Shown: positions 1 through 12,198 of the stretch, piece after piece | Layout: each line of letters begins with the position of its first letter | Numbering within the stretch: the stretch's first letter is position 1 | Source of the DNA: Malacoraja senta | Taxonomy: Eukaryota | Length of the DNA stretch: 64,000 nucleotides | Assembly (NCBI GenBank): GCA_038087875.1 | Contig: JAXLNO010000140.1 | Location: 62,001-126,000 of the forward strand | Reading direction: 5' to 3' | Notes under the pieces: generated by a model | Told to the model about the DNA's origin: nothing | The model's database searches: none | The model's input: only the letters and a program-made list of their open reading frames with translations | Translations under genes and position numbers: made by a program

Positions 1-325
1 CTTTGCTTTAGCACACCAGAACATGGTAGGCATGACTACAGAACAGATCAGTGTGTCCATATACCATTGTATAAATATATACACACATGAATAAATAAAC
101 TGCTAAAGTGCAAATAAACAGATTATGGGCTATTAATGTTCAGAGTTTTGTCCGAGCCGAGTTTAATAGCCTGATGGCTGTGGGGAAGTAGCTATTCCTG
201 AACTTGGTCGTTGCAGTCTTCAGGCTCGTGTACCTTCTACCTGAAGGTAGTGGGGAGATGAGTGTAAGGCCCGGATGGTGTGGGTCCTTGATCATGCTGC
301 CAGCCTTCTTGAGGCAGCGACTGTA
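1..325 (-). mobile_element. Rex1/Babar-type LINE 3' fragment
   Basis: SRCLKKAGSMIKDPHHPG...GRRYTSLKTATTKFRNSYFPTAIRLLN, the same C-terminus as the element at 22.2-24.6 kb. Confidence 0.75.
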
Positions 326-591
326 AAGTAAAGTAAAGTATCCTTTATTGTCATTCAGACCTTTCGGTCTGAATGAAATTTCGTGCCTGCAGTCATACAT
401 ATAATAAAAATAACAAAAACACACAATAAACACAAATTTAACATCCACCACAGTGAGCTGACCAGGCACCTCCTCACTGTGATAGATCAAATTGAATGGT
501 GGTGCTGGCTCGAAGGGCCGAATGGCCTTCTCCTGCACCTATTGTCTATTGTTTTCTATTTGTTTCAAGCAAATTACAATAGATACAGTAC

Positions 592-717
592 CTTAATGCA
601 GTTTGTCCAAAATACATGAAAAGTTCCTTTCCTAATGTCTTCACACCTGTATACTTTGCCTTCCAGCAGCTGGATTGCATTCTGACCGGCACCAGACTGC
701 CCATTTGGCCGAGTAAT
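592..717 (-). pseudogene. NEIL3: NEIL3 coding exon 2 (frameshifted)
   Basis: Polypyrimidine-CAG acceptor at 720-718 and GT donor at 591-590. QNAIQLLEGKV is in one frame and YTGVKTLGKELFMYFGQTALR in another (human QNVLSLFNGYVYSGVETLGKELFMYFGPKALR), consistent with a 2-nt loss in GTATATACA. Confidence 0.88.
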
Positions 718-1202
718 CTGAAGGAAAGGATAAAGACAGTGCAACTTGTGATGGAAGGGTCTTGATATGAAACCATTTCTCCTGCTGAAAATGCTGCCCA
801 CTGAAGAATTACTTCAGAATCAGAATGCCTTTTATTGTCATTTAAACATACGGTTCAAATGAAATTAAAACAAAATACTTGTTGTAAAATGAAGACATTC
901 TTGTGTTTTAAATATTAAGTGGTGCTATAGAGTGGCATTTTCGTGGCGCTATAAAGTGTGGATATCAAGTGGCGTTTTAAGTGGTGCTTTTTCCCACGAG
1001 TAGTAGCTCTACTCAATAACCAAAAATCTGTAGCCTCCTTTTGCCCTGGTATTTTATTTAATTCACATGTTTAATCAATAATGTTTTATTATTAATGTTC
1101 AATGTTTTATGTATCATTCTTAACTGTCACTGTATGTCATGTTGTCACTGGCGGGCAGAGCACCAAGGCAAATTCCTTGTATGTGAATACTTGGCCAATA
1201 AA

Positions 1203-1582
1203 CATAGAAACATAGAAAATAGGTGCAGGAGTAGGCCATTCGGCCCTTCGAGCCTGCACCGCCATTCAATATGATCATGGCTGATCATCCAACTCAGTAT
1301 CCTGTACCTGCCTTCTCTCCATACCCCCTGATCCCTTTAGCCACAAGGGCCACATCTAACTCCCTCTTAAATATAGCCAATGAACTGGCCTCAACTACCT
1401 TCTGTGGCAGAGTGTTCCAGAGATTCACCACTCTGTGTGAAAAATGTTTTTCTCATCTCGGTCCTAAAGGATTTCCCCTTAATCCTTAAACTGTGACCCC
1501 TTGTCCTGGACTTCCCCAACATTGGGAACAATCTTCCTGCATCTAGCCTGTCCAACCCCTTAAGAATTTTGTACGTTTCTAC
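1203..1582 (-). mobile_element. CR1 LINE 3' fragment
   Basis: CR1 ORF2 C-terminus and 3' UTR, with a TTTCTATG-type tail on the minus strand; nearly identical to 31550-31930. Confidence 0.85.
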
Positions 1583-1939
1583 ATTCTAAACATTCATTCA
1601 TTCATAAAGTCAAAAAGAAATCCAATAAAGCCAACCTCCCGTCTCATTTCAACCACAAATAATTTTGCTAATTAATTAATTATTAATAATTGCTAACCAT
1701 TTTAACTCCCCTTCGCATACCAACCTTACTGCCCTGGGCGGCCTCCTCCTCACTTACAGGGGGAAGGGCAAGGTTGTCTCTGTCCACATACATCACCCTG
1801 CAGGCCAACTTTTTCACTCAGGGGGGCGACATGGTGGTGCAGCAGTAGAGTTGCTGCCTTGCAGGACAGACAGCGTTACGGGACCCTCCTGAATCAATGT
1901 TCTGAAGAAGGGTCCTGCGCCGAAGCTTCATCTGTCCTT

Positions 1940-2766
1940 TTTCCTCCCCTCATGCCCCACTTAATGGTCACCCAACACACTCCATCCCAACTCCTGCCCT
2001 CCCTGGTCACTCAATCCCCTCTCAGACCTGTGACCATTGTCCCACACCATCCACCTCTCCATCTCACCTCACCCCCACACCACCCTCACCATCCATTCCT
2101 CCCCACTCACCATCTGCTCCTAACCATACAGCTCTCACTCCCACCCCCACTTCGCCCCTCACCCGCATCATCTGCCCATCACCATCCACCCATCCTTACC
2201 TCACCCCTTCTCTTCACCTCACTCACTACCCCCCACCCAACCCCTCACCTCCACCCACCCCCGCCTCGCTCCTACCCTAAACTTCCCCCACTGCCCCTCA
2301 CCAGCCACCGCTCATACCCACCCTACCCCCCGCAATCCACTCCTCACCATCTCACCTCACGCCGCCCCTTGCCCAGATTTCCATCCCTCACTCCTTCATC
2401 ACGCCCCACCCCATACTCCTCCTCTCAACCTAACCCCAACTCACACCCACTGTCCCTCACCACCCTACCCCTCACCTCACCCCCCCTTCGCCCCCTCCCC
2501 ACTCGCCATCCACCCCGCATGCACCTCACCACCAACCCCATATTCCACCCCTCACCCCCACCATTCACTACTCACCTTCCATCCCTCGCCCCCTCCTCAA
2601 CCCCTCCGCACACTCCTCCCCTCAACCTCACCCACTCCCCTCACACCAACTCACAACCACCCCTCACCCTCTCCCCATCACCCACCCCTTTCCCCTCACC
2701 CCCCCAGCCACCCCTCACCTGCTCCTCCTCCTCTCACCCCACCCATTCCCTTCACCTCACACTCAC
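1940..2766. repeat. C-rich low-complexity tract in NEIL3 intron 1
   Basis: About 800 nt of CCCA/CCTC-rich sequence with almost no G on the plus strand. Confidence 0.85.
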
Positions 2767-2876
2767 ACTCCCAGTCCCGCCCGCGGTGCCTCACCGCTCG
2801 CACCCGCTGCCCGGTCCTCACGCGGCCACGGAGCCGCTCCCCGTTCAGCGCGCGTTCAGCCCGGTCCCTCCACCAT
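2767..2876 (-). pseudogene. NEIL3: NEIL3 coding exon 1 (disrupted)
   Basis: Kozak gccgccATGG at 2876 reads MVEGPG then TGA (2858-2856). Removing a 4-nt insertion (AACG, 2856-2853) gives MVEGPGCALNGERLRGRVRTGQRVRAVR, matching the NEIL3 N-terminus (human MVEGPGCTLNGEKIRARVLPGQAVTGVRGSAL). A further 2-nt loss breaks VRGTA. GTGAGT donor at 2766-2761. Confidence 0.88.
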
Positions 2877-3480
2877 GGCGGCGCGACCCCGCTGCCCGCA
2901 ACCAACGGACAACACACAGGCAGCCGCGCGCGCCCAGAGGGAGGGAGGGACCAGCATGGGGGCGGGGCCCGAGCGGGGCGGGGCCAGCGTGGGATGGCAG
3001 GTAGGGCGTGGGGGCGGGGCCAGCGTGGGATGGCAGGGAGAGCGTGGGGAGGGAGGGGCCAGCGTGTGGGGAGGGGCCAGTGGGAGGTGCCATCGTTGGG
3101 GGAGGGGCCAGCGAGGGTGGCATGGGCCAGTGGGAGGTGTCATCGTGGGGAGGGAGGGGCCAGCGAGGGTGGGATGGGCCAGTGGGAGGGATCAGCGTGG
3201 GGAGGGAGGGGCCAGCGAGGGTGGGATGGGCCAGTGGGTGGTGCCATCATGGGGAGGGAGAGGCCAGCGAGGGTGGGAGGGACCAGTGGGAGGGATCAGC
3301 GTGGGGAGGGCGGGGAGAGGGAGGGGCCAGTTGGCGGAGTCTGAGGAGCCCCGAGACCGGGCTAACCGCCACGCGCGTCAGAGGGGGCGGGGCTGTGAGG
3401 GCGGGAGATGGGGCGGTCGCCTGGACGGTGAGTCGCCGGTTCGAGTCCCGCCACGGGCACGGCAGAAGAGGAGTGACAGC
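2770..3480. promoter_or_regulatory. CpG island / probable bidirectional promoter with GC boxes
   Basis: Very GC- and CpG-rich. Several GGGGCGGGGC Sp1-type boxes (about 2960, 2975, 3011). Overlaps the NEIL3 start codon and lies upstream of the AGA exons. Confidence 0.6.
3046..3330 (+). repeat. G-rich 52-bp minisatellite (about 5 copies)
   Basis: Unit ggggagggaggggccagcgagggtgggatgggccagtgggagggatcagcgt recurs at about 3147, 3199, 3251 and 3303. Confidence 0.85.
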
Positions 3481-3648
3481 GGTGAAGACAAGTGTGCACG
3501 GCTGCCCATTTCATTGCTGAAGTCGGTGGGGTTTGACTCCTCAATGTACATCATTGTTGTAGAGTCACGGAGCCGGGAATCAGGTAGTTATAATCTGAGG
3601 AGGGCATGATTAGGAATTGCAGGTGCTGGTTTACCAAAAGACACAGAG

Positions 3649-6600
3649 TAGCAATGTTACAAAATTTTGAGATTTTAAAAATAAAGTCTGCAATTTATCC
3701 CATCAGATAAAGCATAAAAAGAAGTTTAATTTGACACTTAATTCACTTTCATATCTTCAGTATTATTGTATTGTATTGTATTGTATATCTTTATTGTCAT
3801 TTCCTGAGTATTCACATACCCAGAGGAAACAAAAAAACGTTCCTCAACCAGTGTTCATTTCAGTGTGTGCAGTAAAAAATAAATAGAAGTAAAAATACAT
3901 ATATCATGAACAAATTAACACTCTACTCTACTAAACATCAACAGGCGTTCCGATCGGCAGCGGCACGACAGTGGCTCTGCTGCAGTGTGTCCAGGTTGGT
4001 GGTTGGTGCACGATACTTTGGCAGGGGACAAAGTCCGTTTATCAGTCTTATAACCTGCGGGAAGAAGCTGAGGAGCATCCTGCTGGTTTTGCACCTAATG
4101 CTCCGGTACCTCTTCCCAGATGGCAGGATGGAGAATATGTGATGGGATGGGTGGTAGGGGTCTTTGATGATGGAGATGGCTGCTGATACATCTCTTCCTG
4201 TATATGTCCAGCAGGAAAGGGAGTGGAGCACCAATAATCCTGCTGGCGGTCTTCACAATCCTGTCTAGTTGGTGCCGTTCGTACGCCTTGCAGCTCCCGA
4301 ACCAGGAAGTGATGCCGTAGGTTAATGTGCTCTCGATTGTCCCCCTATAAAAAGTTCGTAGGTGTGTAGTGGGGAGACCTGCTTTACGTAGTCTTCGGAG
4401 AGGGTGTAGTCGCTGCTGGGCTCTCTTGACCAGTGCTGTGGTGTTGGTCGTGGACGTCAGGTCATCTGACAGGTGGAGTCCTAGGAACTTCACGCTGTTG
4501 ACCCTTTCCACATCAGCTCCATCGATGTGCAGAGGTGTATGGTGTTGTTTTCCCGCCCTCCTGAAGTCAACCACCATCTCCTTAGTTTTTCCCACGTTGA
4601 GAATGAGGTTGTGGGATTTGCACCATCCTGTGAGCAGCTCCACCTCCATCCTGTACGCCGACTCATCATTGTCACTGATGAGACCCACCACTGTTGTGTC
4701 ATCAGCGAACTTGTTGATGAAGTTGTTGTTAAGTCTAGCAGTACAGTTGTGTGTTAGCAGACTAAACAGCAGGGGGCTTAGGACACAGCCTTGGGGCGAG
4801 CCAGTGCTCACGGCTATGGTTTTTGATGTCCTACTGCCCACCCTGACTGTCTGCTGCCGTTGCGATAGAAAGTTCAGGACCCAGTTACATGTGCCAGCGT
4901 CAACTCCCAATAGCTCCAACTTCTCCACCAACTGCTGCGGAATGATTGTATTAAAAGCAGAGCTGAAGTCTATGAAGAGGATCCTGGCATAAGTATTTTT
5001 CCGATCAAGGTGTGACAGTACGAGGTTCAGTGTTGTTGAGACTGCGTCCTCTGTGGATCGGTTGGCTCTGTAGGCGAACTGCAGTGGGTCTAGGTCGGCA
5101 GGTAGACTATTTTTGATATGCTGCATAACCAGTCGCTCAAAACACTTCATTACTATGGGTGTTAGAGCCACTGGTCGAAAGTCATTATGGCAGGCTGGGT
5201 TTGGTTTCTTCGGGACAGGAACGATGGTGGCACTCTTAAGACAGTTGGGCACTACTGCCTGGCTGAGTGAGATGTTAAAAATGTCTGTGAAAACATCTTT
5301 CAGTTGCTCGGCGCAGTCTCTTAAGACGCATCCAGGAATGTTGTCCGGCCCTGCAGCTTTGCGTGGGTTGATGCTGGCAAACACCTTTTTAACTCCGACT
5401 GCGGACAGCCTGAGCGACTGGTCACTGGGAGATGGCAGTAGTGCACGTGTCTGGGTGGTGTTTCCAACCTCAAACCGTGCGTAGAACTCGTTCAGTTCAT
5501 CTGGTAGAGAGGGGTCGTTTTGGCATATCCGCAGCGGGGGGGGGCTTGTAGTCCGTGATGGTTTGAAATCCCTGCCACAAGCGACGTGTGTCTTTGTCAT
5601 TTGCGAAGTGGCTGTTAAGTTTTTGTCCATACAGCCTCTTCGCTTCCCTGATCCCCCGGGATAGGTTACTCCTTGCCAGTTTGTATGCTGCGTTGTCCCC
5701 AGATTTGAATGCAGCATTCCGGATTCTCAGTAGGGAACACACTTCCCCAGTTAGCCAAGGTTTCTGATTGGCACGCCTCCTGATGGTTTTTACCACCGTT
5801 ACATCATCAATGCATTTATTGATGTGTCCGATGACGGATTCTGTGTATTCTTGGAGGTTGATGCTACTGTCATCTGTTGCTGCCTCCCTGAAAATGGCCC
5901 ACTGTGTGGTTTCAAAACAGTCTTGTAGTGCTGCGGTAGCTCCCTGTGGCCATGTTCTGACTTCTTTGACCGTTGGCCTGTCCTGTTTCACCCTGGGTCT
6001 GTATGCAGGTGTGAGCATAACCGCCAGGTGGTCAGAGTTGCCGATATGGGGGAGGGGGGCTGCTCTATATGCATCTTTAATGTTGGTGTACACCAGATCT
6101 AGTTTGTTCTTTCCCCTGGTTGCAATGTTCACATGCTGGTAAAATTTAGGCAGAACAGATGTAAGACTTGCCTGGTTGAAATCCCCAGCTGCCATGAAGA
6201 AAGCATCTGGATGTTCCCTCTGCTGCTCACTGATGTTGTTGTAGAGTTCTGTCATAGCATCCTTCACGTCCGCGCTCGGTGGTACATAGACGGCCGTTAT
6301 GAAGACTGCCGTTAGCTCCCTGGGTAAGTAGAAGGGTCGGCATTTCACAGTCATTAGCTCTACATGGGGTGAGCAGTAAGTGGAAGTCATCACAGCATCC
6401 TGGCACCATGATCTGTTCACATATACAGCCAGCCCTCCTCTTGCCTTACCAGCTAGCGAAGCTACTCTATCAGCTCTGTATAGCATAAGTCCCTCCAACT
6501 GGATCGCAGCGTCTGTGATGTTCTGATTCAGCCAGGTCTCCGTTAGGACGTAGACACAGCAGTTCTTCACGCTTCGTTGGGAGGCTCTCCACGCTCTGAG

Positions 6601-7925
6601 GTAGTCCATCTTGTTGTCGAGGGAGCAGACATTTGCCAACATGACTGTAGGCACTGCCGGTTTGTGAGGGTTCGCGTTTAGCCTAGCGTAGGCTCCTGCG
6701 CGCTTCCCCCGCTTCTGCCCCCCTGCTACACCGCTTGCGATGTTTCCCCACCAGCGTTGCTCCAGGTGCGGGTGCAGCCGCGGCTCTCCATGGGCCTGCG
6801 CATCTCCGTGGGCACCTCCGTGGGCCTACGCGACGCAGAAGTCTCAGCTCCACCAGGACGCTCCGTAAGTTAATGTTGCAACAAGAAGCCTTGTTGCCGA
6901 TTTTTAAAAGGACCTGCCGCTCGTACTTACGCACATACACACACTCCTCCGACACACACTCTTCATACACACCACTCGCTCCAAAAACACACGAAAACAC
7001 CGAACTGTTATGGCCATTATCATACTCAGAAATTAGCATCTAGTTCCCTATTGCTTTTCCATTGACTTAACACAAAAGCTGTGATCGAGGACAGTTAAAA
7101 GCCCATAACTTTCTTAAAAATTATGATAACTGAAAGAAATTATCAGTTATTATAGATTGAAGCATTCTGAAACAAATATGAAACAATCTTACTTCGAAGA
7201 CATGAAAGTAAAGCATATAATTAGTTAGTTACCTAATTGTAGCTAATTACAAAATTCAATTACTAGATCTAAACATCTATCAATTTCTTAAGAATAGATT
7301 AACATTTTTAAATAGCCTAAGTGTCCAAATAACATTCACACAATAATTCACAATATAACATAATTTTTAAATCTAATTTTCATGAATTTACAGGGCAAAT
7401 GGAAGGAATTGAATGTTTAATACCTGTAAATTAATGGGCATTTAATTCATCTTGCGAGTGAGGTTTTCTGGAACGCGATCTTTTGGAACGTTGATTTGCG
7501 GTGAATTTAACCCCGTATTGGCATGAAAAATACTGCCGTTAATTCGGGGAATAAAATCACCGTGTCGCATGAAAAAATGTGAATTAAAGGCTTCTTAAGA
7601 AGCACTTTTATACATTTAAAGAAACCACTTTCGTTTACCTGTCCCGTGTGTGAAATCCATCCCCGTTATTGGCGTTGACGCTTCAGGAGCTGCTTTTAAA
7701 ATTACTCTAGCACTGACATTGACGATTTAATAAAAATAAAAAATTCACAAAACGCCGGTAGGAACGATTCATCAGCCAAGGCTTGTACTCCAACAAAATA
7801 TCAACCAGGACAAGGGAGGAGAAACCCGCGTTTTAACCCCGCCCCCCCTTAAAGGCGCCAAAATCGCGCACACGGCCAGTGGCAGAATTACAGCGCGACT
7901 GAAGGTAAGTTTTGTAACATACCTA
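3649..7925. mobile_element. Non-autonomous TIR DNA transposon (about 1 kb) hosting a LINE
   Basis: Imperfect TIRs tagcaatgttacaaaa / ttttgtaacataccta. Direct repeat acacagagt at 3641-3649 and 7925-7933. Splits a short repeat (ggtttaccaaaagacacagag|tgctggagtaactcagcggg). Confidence 0.7.
3765..7006 (-). mobile_element. Near full-length Rex1/Babar-clade LINE (APE + RT, frameshifted)
   Basis: APE ORF 5497-6654 (LANVCSL, TETWL, GDFNQ, NSDH). RT ORF 4095-5717 ([28 protein letters not shown]). N-terminal piece 6683-7039. AATAAA plus (TACAA)n tail at 3765-3795. Confidence 0.9.
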
Positions 7926-8344
7926 CACAGAGTGCTGGAGTAACTCAGCGGGTCAGGCTGCATCTCTGGAGAACATGGATACGTGACTGAGGCAGATACA
8001 ATAAGAGCATTTAAACACTTGAATAGGATAAATTATCACACCTTCCATCACTTTTCTGGAGGTTGAGTGGGAGGATTGGCTGGTATGGGTTAGATTTATC
8101 CTATCTAGAATCAAGGGATATGGGGAAAAAGCAGGAGCGGGGTACTGATTGTGGATGATCAGCCATGATCATATTGAATGGTGGTGCTGGTTCGATGGGC
8201 CAAATGGCTTACTCCTGCACCTATCTTCTATGTTTCTATGAATTAACTGGGCAATGTTTTTGGTACAAACCAGCATCTGAAGTTCTTTGTTTCTACATGA
8301 TAGTGTGTACTTGAGATATCCCACTCCCATGAGATAAAGCTGCC

Positions 8345-8980
8345 TACATAGAGTTATACAGCATGGAAACATGCCCTTCAGACCAACACCGGCCAACATT
8401 TCCCAGCTACACCAGTCCCACCTGCCCGCATTTGGTCCATATCCCTCTAAACCTGTCCTATCCATGTGCCTGTCCAACTGCTTCCTCAACGTTGCGATAG
8501 TCCTTGCCTTAACTACTTCCTCTGGCACCTTGTTCCATACACCCACCGCCCTTTGTGTGAAAAAGTTGCCCCTCAGGTTCCTATTAAATCTTTTCCCCCT
8601 CATCTTAAACCTATGTCCTGTGGTTCTCGATTCACCTACTCTGCAAGAGACTCTGTGCGTCTACCCGATCTATTCCTCGTGATTTTGTACACCTCTATCA
8701 GATCACCCCTCATCCTTCTGTGCTCCAAGAAATAGAGTCCCAGCCTAATCAACCTCTGCCTATAGCTCAGACCCTTTAGTCCTTGCAACATCATCGTAAA
8801 TCTTCTCTACACCCTTTCTAACTTGACAACATAGCATGGTGCCCAAAACTGAACACAATACTCTAAATCACCAACGTGTTATATAACTGCAACGTGACAT
8901 CCTAACCTATACTTAATGCTCTGACTGATGAAGGCCACTGTGCCAAGCCTTTTTGACCATCTTATCTACCGGAGATGCCA
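8345..8980 (-). mobile_element. CR1 LINE 3' fragment
   Basis: RGKRFNRNLRGNFFTQRAVGVWNKVPEEVV C-terminal motif. Confidence 0.8.
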
Positions 8981-9714
8981 CTGAGATGTCCCCCTGAGTT
9001 AGCATTTTGTGTCTATCTTCGGTGTAAACCAGCATCTGCAGTTCCTTTCTATGCCCTGCCATGCAATGCAATGTCATGCAATGAATTATGTACCTGTAAA
9101 ATGGGACAAGCTTAGATGGAGCATCTTGGCATGGACGAGTTGGTCTGAAGGTCCTGTTCCGAGCTGTTTGACTGTATGAATGTAAAGAATATAAATTCCA
9201 AAATGATGAAAGTTTTCACTGACTTCCAGAGGTAGATTCTTACTAAAATAGACTGCATTTTGACTGCAGAGGGAGCTGCAGGCATATTTTTCCACAGTAT
9301 GTACCATCCTCGCGTTTGGGAGTGCAGTGTTTAATTGCCGTATTTACTGGCAACAAAACCATGAAATTCTTACTTGCTGCAGCTTTACAGGCCCATAAAC
9401 ACAATGACATGCGGATAAATTCACGATAATTACTCATCAATTAATCTATTAATGGAATGACACATCATCAGGATAGATGAACTCGCAGTGGCTTTCTTCT
9501 TCTTTCATGTCCATCTTCCATGTTTCAAATGTTGACATCGCTGTCATCGTGCGTCTTGAAAAGGACGCAAACTTCCGGAATCAGTAGGAGCCATCACTTG
9601 TTGCTCAGGATACTTCCAGTTTCCAGCCCCGCGACGGGGACGCTTCTGCTTTGGGGCCGCAGTGGCTTTGATACGGTCCAATATCCATCACAGATGAAAA
9701 GTATGATTAATCTT

Positions 9715-10197
9715 ACAATAGACAATAGGTGTAGGAGTAGGCCATTCGGCCCTTCGAGCCAGCACCGCCATTCAATGTGATCATGGCTGATCATCCACAA
9801 TCAGTACTCCGTTCCTGCCATCTCTCCATATTCCTTAACTCTGCTATCGCTAAGAGCGCTATCTAACTCTCTCTTGAAAGCATGCAGAGAACCAGCCTGA
9901 GGCAGAGAATTCCACAGACTCACAACTCTCTGTGTGAAAAAGTTTTTCCTCATCTCTGTTCTATAATGCCTTACCACTTATTCTTAAACTATGGCCCCTG
10001 GTTCTGGACTCCCCCAACCTTGGGAACATGTTTCCTGCCTCTACCGTGTTCAAACCCTTAATACTCTTATATGTTTCAATAAGATCCCCGCTCATCCTTC
10101 TAAATTCCAGAGTATACAAGCCCAGCTGCTCCAATCTATCAACATATGACAGTCCTGCCATCCCGGGTATTAACCTTGTGAACCTACGCTGCACTCC
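9715..10197 (-). mobile_element. CR1 LINE 3' fragment
   Basis: GVQRRFTRLIPGMAGLSY...ESRTRGHSLRI plus CR1 3' UTR. Confidence 0.85.
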
Positions 10198-10248
10198 AAT
10201 GTGTATAGGTATAGCTAAACCTGATGGAAGTATATACAATTATGAGAT

Positions 10249-11352
10249 TCAGGGCTTCAGCAGGGGAGTGGGGAGAGGGTCGAGGGAGCAGGTAGTGGGT
10301 TTGGAAGAGCTGATGAGTTTGGAGATTTCAGTAGAGGTGACCGGGTCAAACTGGGAGAGGAAGCAGTGAGGGGGAGGGGTATGGAGATCAGCAGAGATGT
10401 TGAAAGGAGGGGCCTTGGTAGGTGGTGGAGTAGATGCTGGGGATTCAGGTACAGGGGATAAGGATTGATAGATGGTGCTGATTTTGTCAGCAAAAAAGTG
10501 GAGGAATGAGTTGCAGAGATCCGGAGTGGAGGTAGGGAGAGTGTTGGCTCGAGGTTTGAGGAGGTTGCACACTGTGGAGAAGAGGGTTCTGTGGTTTAGG
10601 CAGGGGTCGGTGAATATGGAGGAGAGGTATGCAGATTTAGCAGCAATGAGGGCATCTTTGTAGGCAGTGAGGTGGAGTTTGTAAGCTTCATGGTGGACTG
10701 TGAGAGGTCATTTCTTTATGAGTCGTTCAAGTCGGCGACCAATCTGTTTCAGCTTACGAAGTGCAGGTGTGTACCAGGGTGAAGATTTATTAAACGTTAC
10801 GGTTCTTGTTTTGAGGGGAGCCAGAGTGTTAAGGGAGGTAGACAAGGTGGAATTGAGTTGGTTTGTGAGATTATCAGGTGAGATGTGGGTTGGGTCCAGG
10901 GGGAGAGTGGTGGAGAGCAGGTCAGAGAGATGGTGAGGGTCGATGGATTTTAGATTACGGAAGGTGATTTCTCGGAGGAAGCGGGGGCGAGGTGTCGGAG
11001 AAGGGATGGTGAACCGTATAAGCTTATGATCAGAGAGGGGGAAGAGGCATGGATGGAGGTCGAGTACCGGTTAATTTGTGGAGCAGACCAGGTCAAGAAT
11101 GTGACCTTTGTCATGAGTAGGAAAGGTGACGTGCTGAGTGAGAGAGAAGTTGTCAAGTAGAAAAGTGAATTCAGATGCGAACTTGCAGGTGGGGGAGTCC
11201 ATATGAATGTTTAAGTCACCAAGTAGCAGCAGACGTGGGGTGAGAGATGAGACAAGTGTGAGGAATTCAGTGAAGTCAGATAGGAAGGAGGGGTTTGGTT
11301 TAGGTGGCCGGTAAATGAGGATGACTGTCATGGAGGAAAGGGCTTTGAGGAT
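10249..11352 (-). mobile_element. L2-clade LINE internal fragment (APE endonuclease and linker)
   Basis: LIYRPPK...LLLGDLNIH...FPTHDKGHILDLV...SDHKL, then SKPTTCSLDPLPT, typical of L2 ORF2. Confidence 0.8.
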
Positions 11353-11529
11353 GAGGGGGATCTTATAGAAACATATAAGTTCCCCATTTTTGTTGGGGAA
11401 GTCCAGAACAAGGGGTCACAGTTTAAGGATAAGGGGGAAATCTTTTAGGACCGAGATGAGGAAAACATTTTTCACACAGAGAGTGGTGAATCTCTGGAAT
11501 TCTCTGCCACAGAAGGTAGTTGAGGCCTA

Positions 11530-12198
11530 TTGTGCTGGAAATGTCTTCAGAGCGAACATTGACTATGTTTGATAACGGAACGCAATCAAATGTGTTTTAA
11601 TTCCAAATGTTATTATTTGTTTTAATCCATGAAGATGGATTAATTAAATTGTGAACAGGTGAAACATTAAAACCGCAGTGTTCGATTGTCACTGCTGCCG
11701 TTGACACGTTATTACAGAATTCATTTTAACGGTAAATCAATGCTCTTAATATGGAGTATCAGTCCTGTAGTTATTTACTGAGCAACATTCACAACTATAT
11801 GTTACCATGGTCCAGGATTTATTGACACAGGTTGATCATACGCTGAATAATCCAACCACATTTTTATTTGGAAGTGGAAAGAACTAATAGAAATTGCATT
11901 CATTGCAATGTGTAAAAAGAGTTGAGATAGTCTTATAATTTTGCTGCGTCATTGTGGGATATATCATGTCTTGATTGGTGAATATGTTTAGTTTGTGACT
12001 TTATTTGAAGCAGAAATAATATGTGAATGCTTCATTGAGTATAATTCCGACTGGTAACTACGCACTTCGTCCGAGCACATTATGGCACGCGTCATGCAAG
12101 CCATCTTAAATGACCACCTAAACTGTCATTTGGCAACCTAAAAAGCTGCCAAAGTTGCCCGGCTGGCAACAGGGGAAAAAAGTTAAGCGAGAGCCCTG
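11530..12198 (-). mobile_element. Possible hAT-like DNA transposon fragment
   Basis: AT-rich non-coding segment ending in a CAGGGCTCTCGC terminus on the minus strand. Second TIR and TSD not found. Confidence 0.3.

Noticed and set aside
2856..2858. TGA at the NEIL3 Cys7 position as selenocysteine or readthrough (the three indels sum to zero)
   Set aside because: Readthrough would give about 50 out-of-frame residues before the NEIL3 frame resumes; the TGA arises from the insertion, and no SECIS can be assessed here.
1859..3609. Long Pro/His-rich and Gly/Arg-rich ORFs (381, 244, 170 aa)
   Set aside because: By-products of C-rich and G-rich low-complexity and minisatellite sequence that lacks stop codons.
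4369..6142. Plus-strand ORFs opposite the Rex1 RT/APE (and similar antisense ORFs over CR1 copies)
   Set aside because: Shadow frames of LINE coding sequence.
8920..8940. ctgactgatgaaggcc motifs (also about 12655, 17905, 19685) as hammerhead cores
   Set aside because: They are the antisense of the CR1 coding motif AFISQ and lack stem II plus GAAA.
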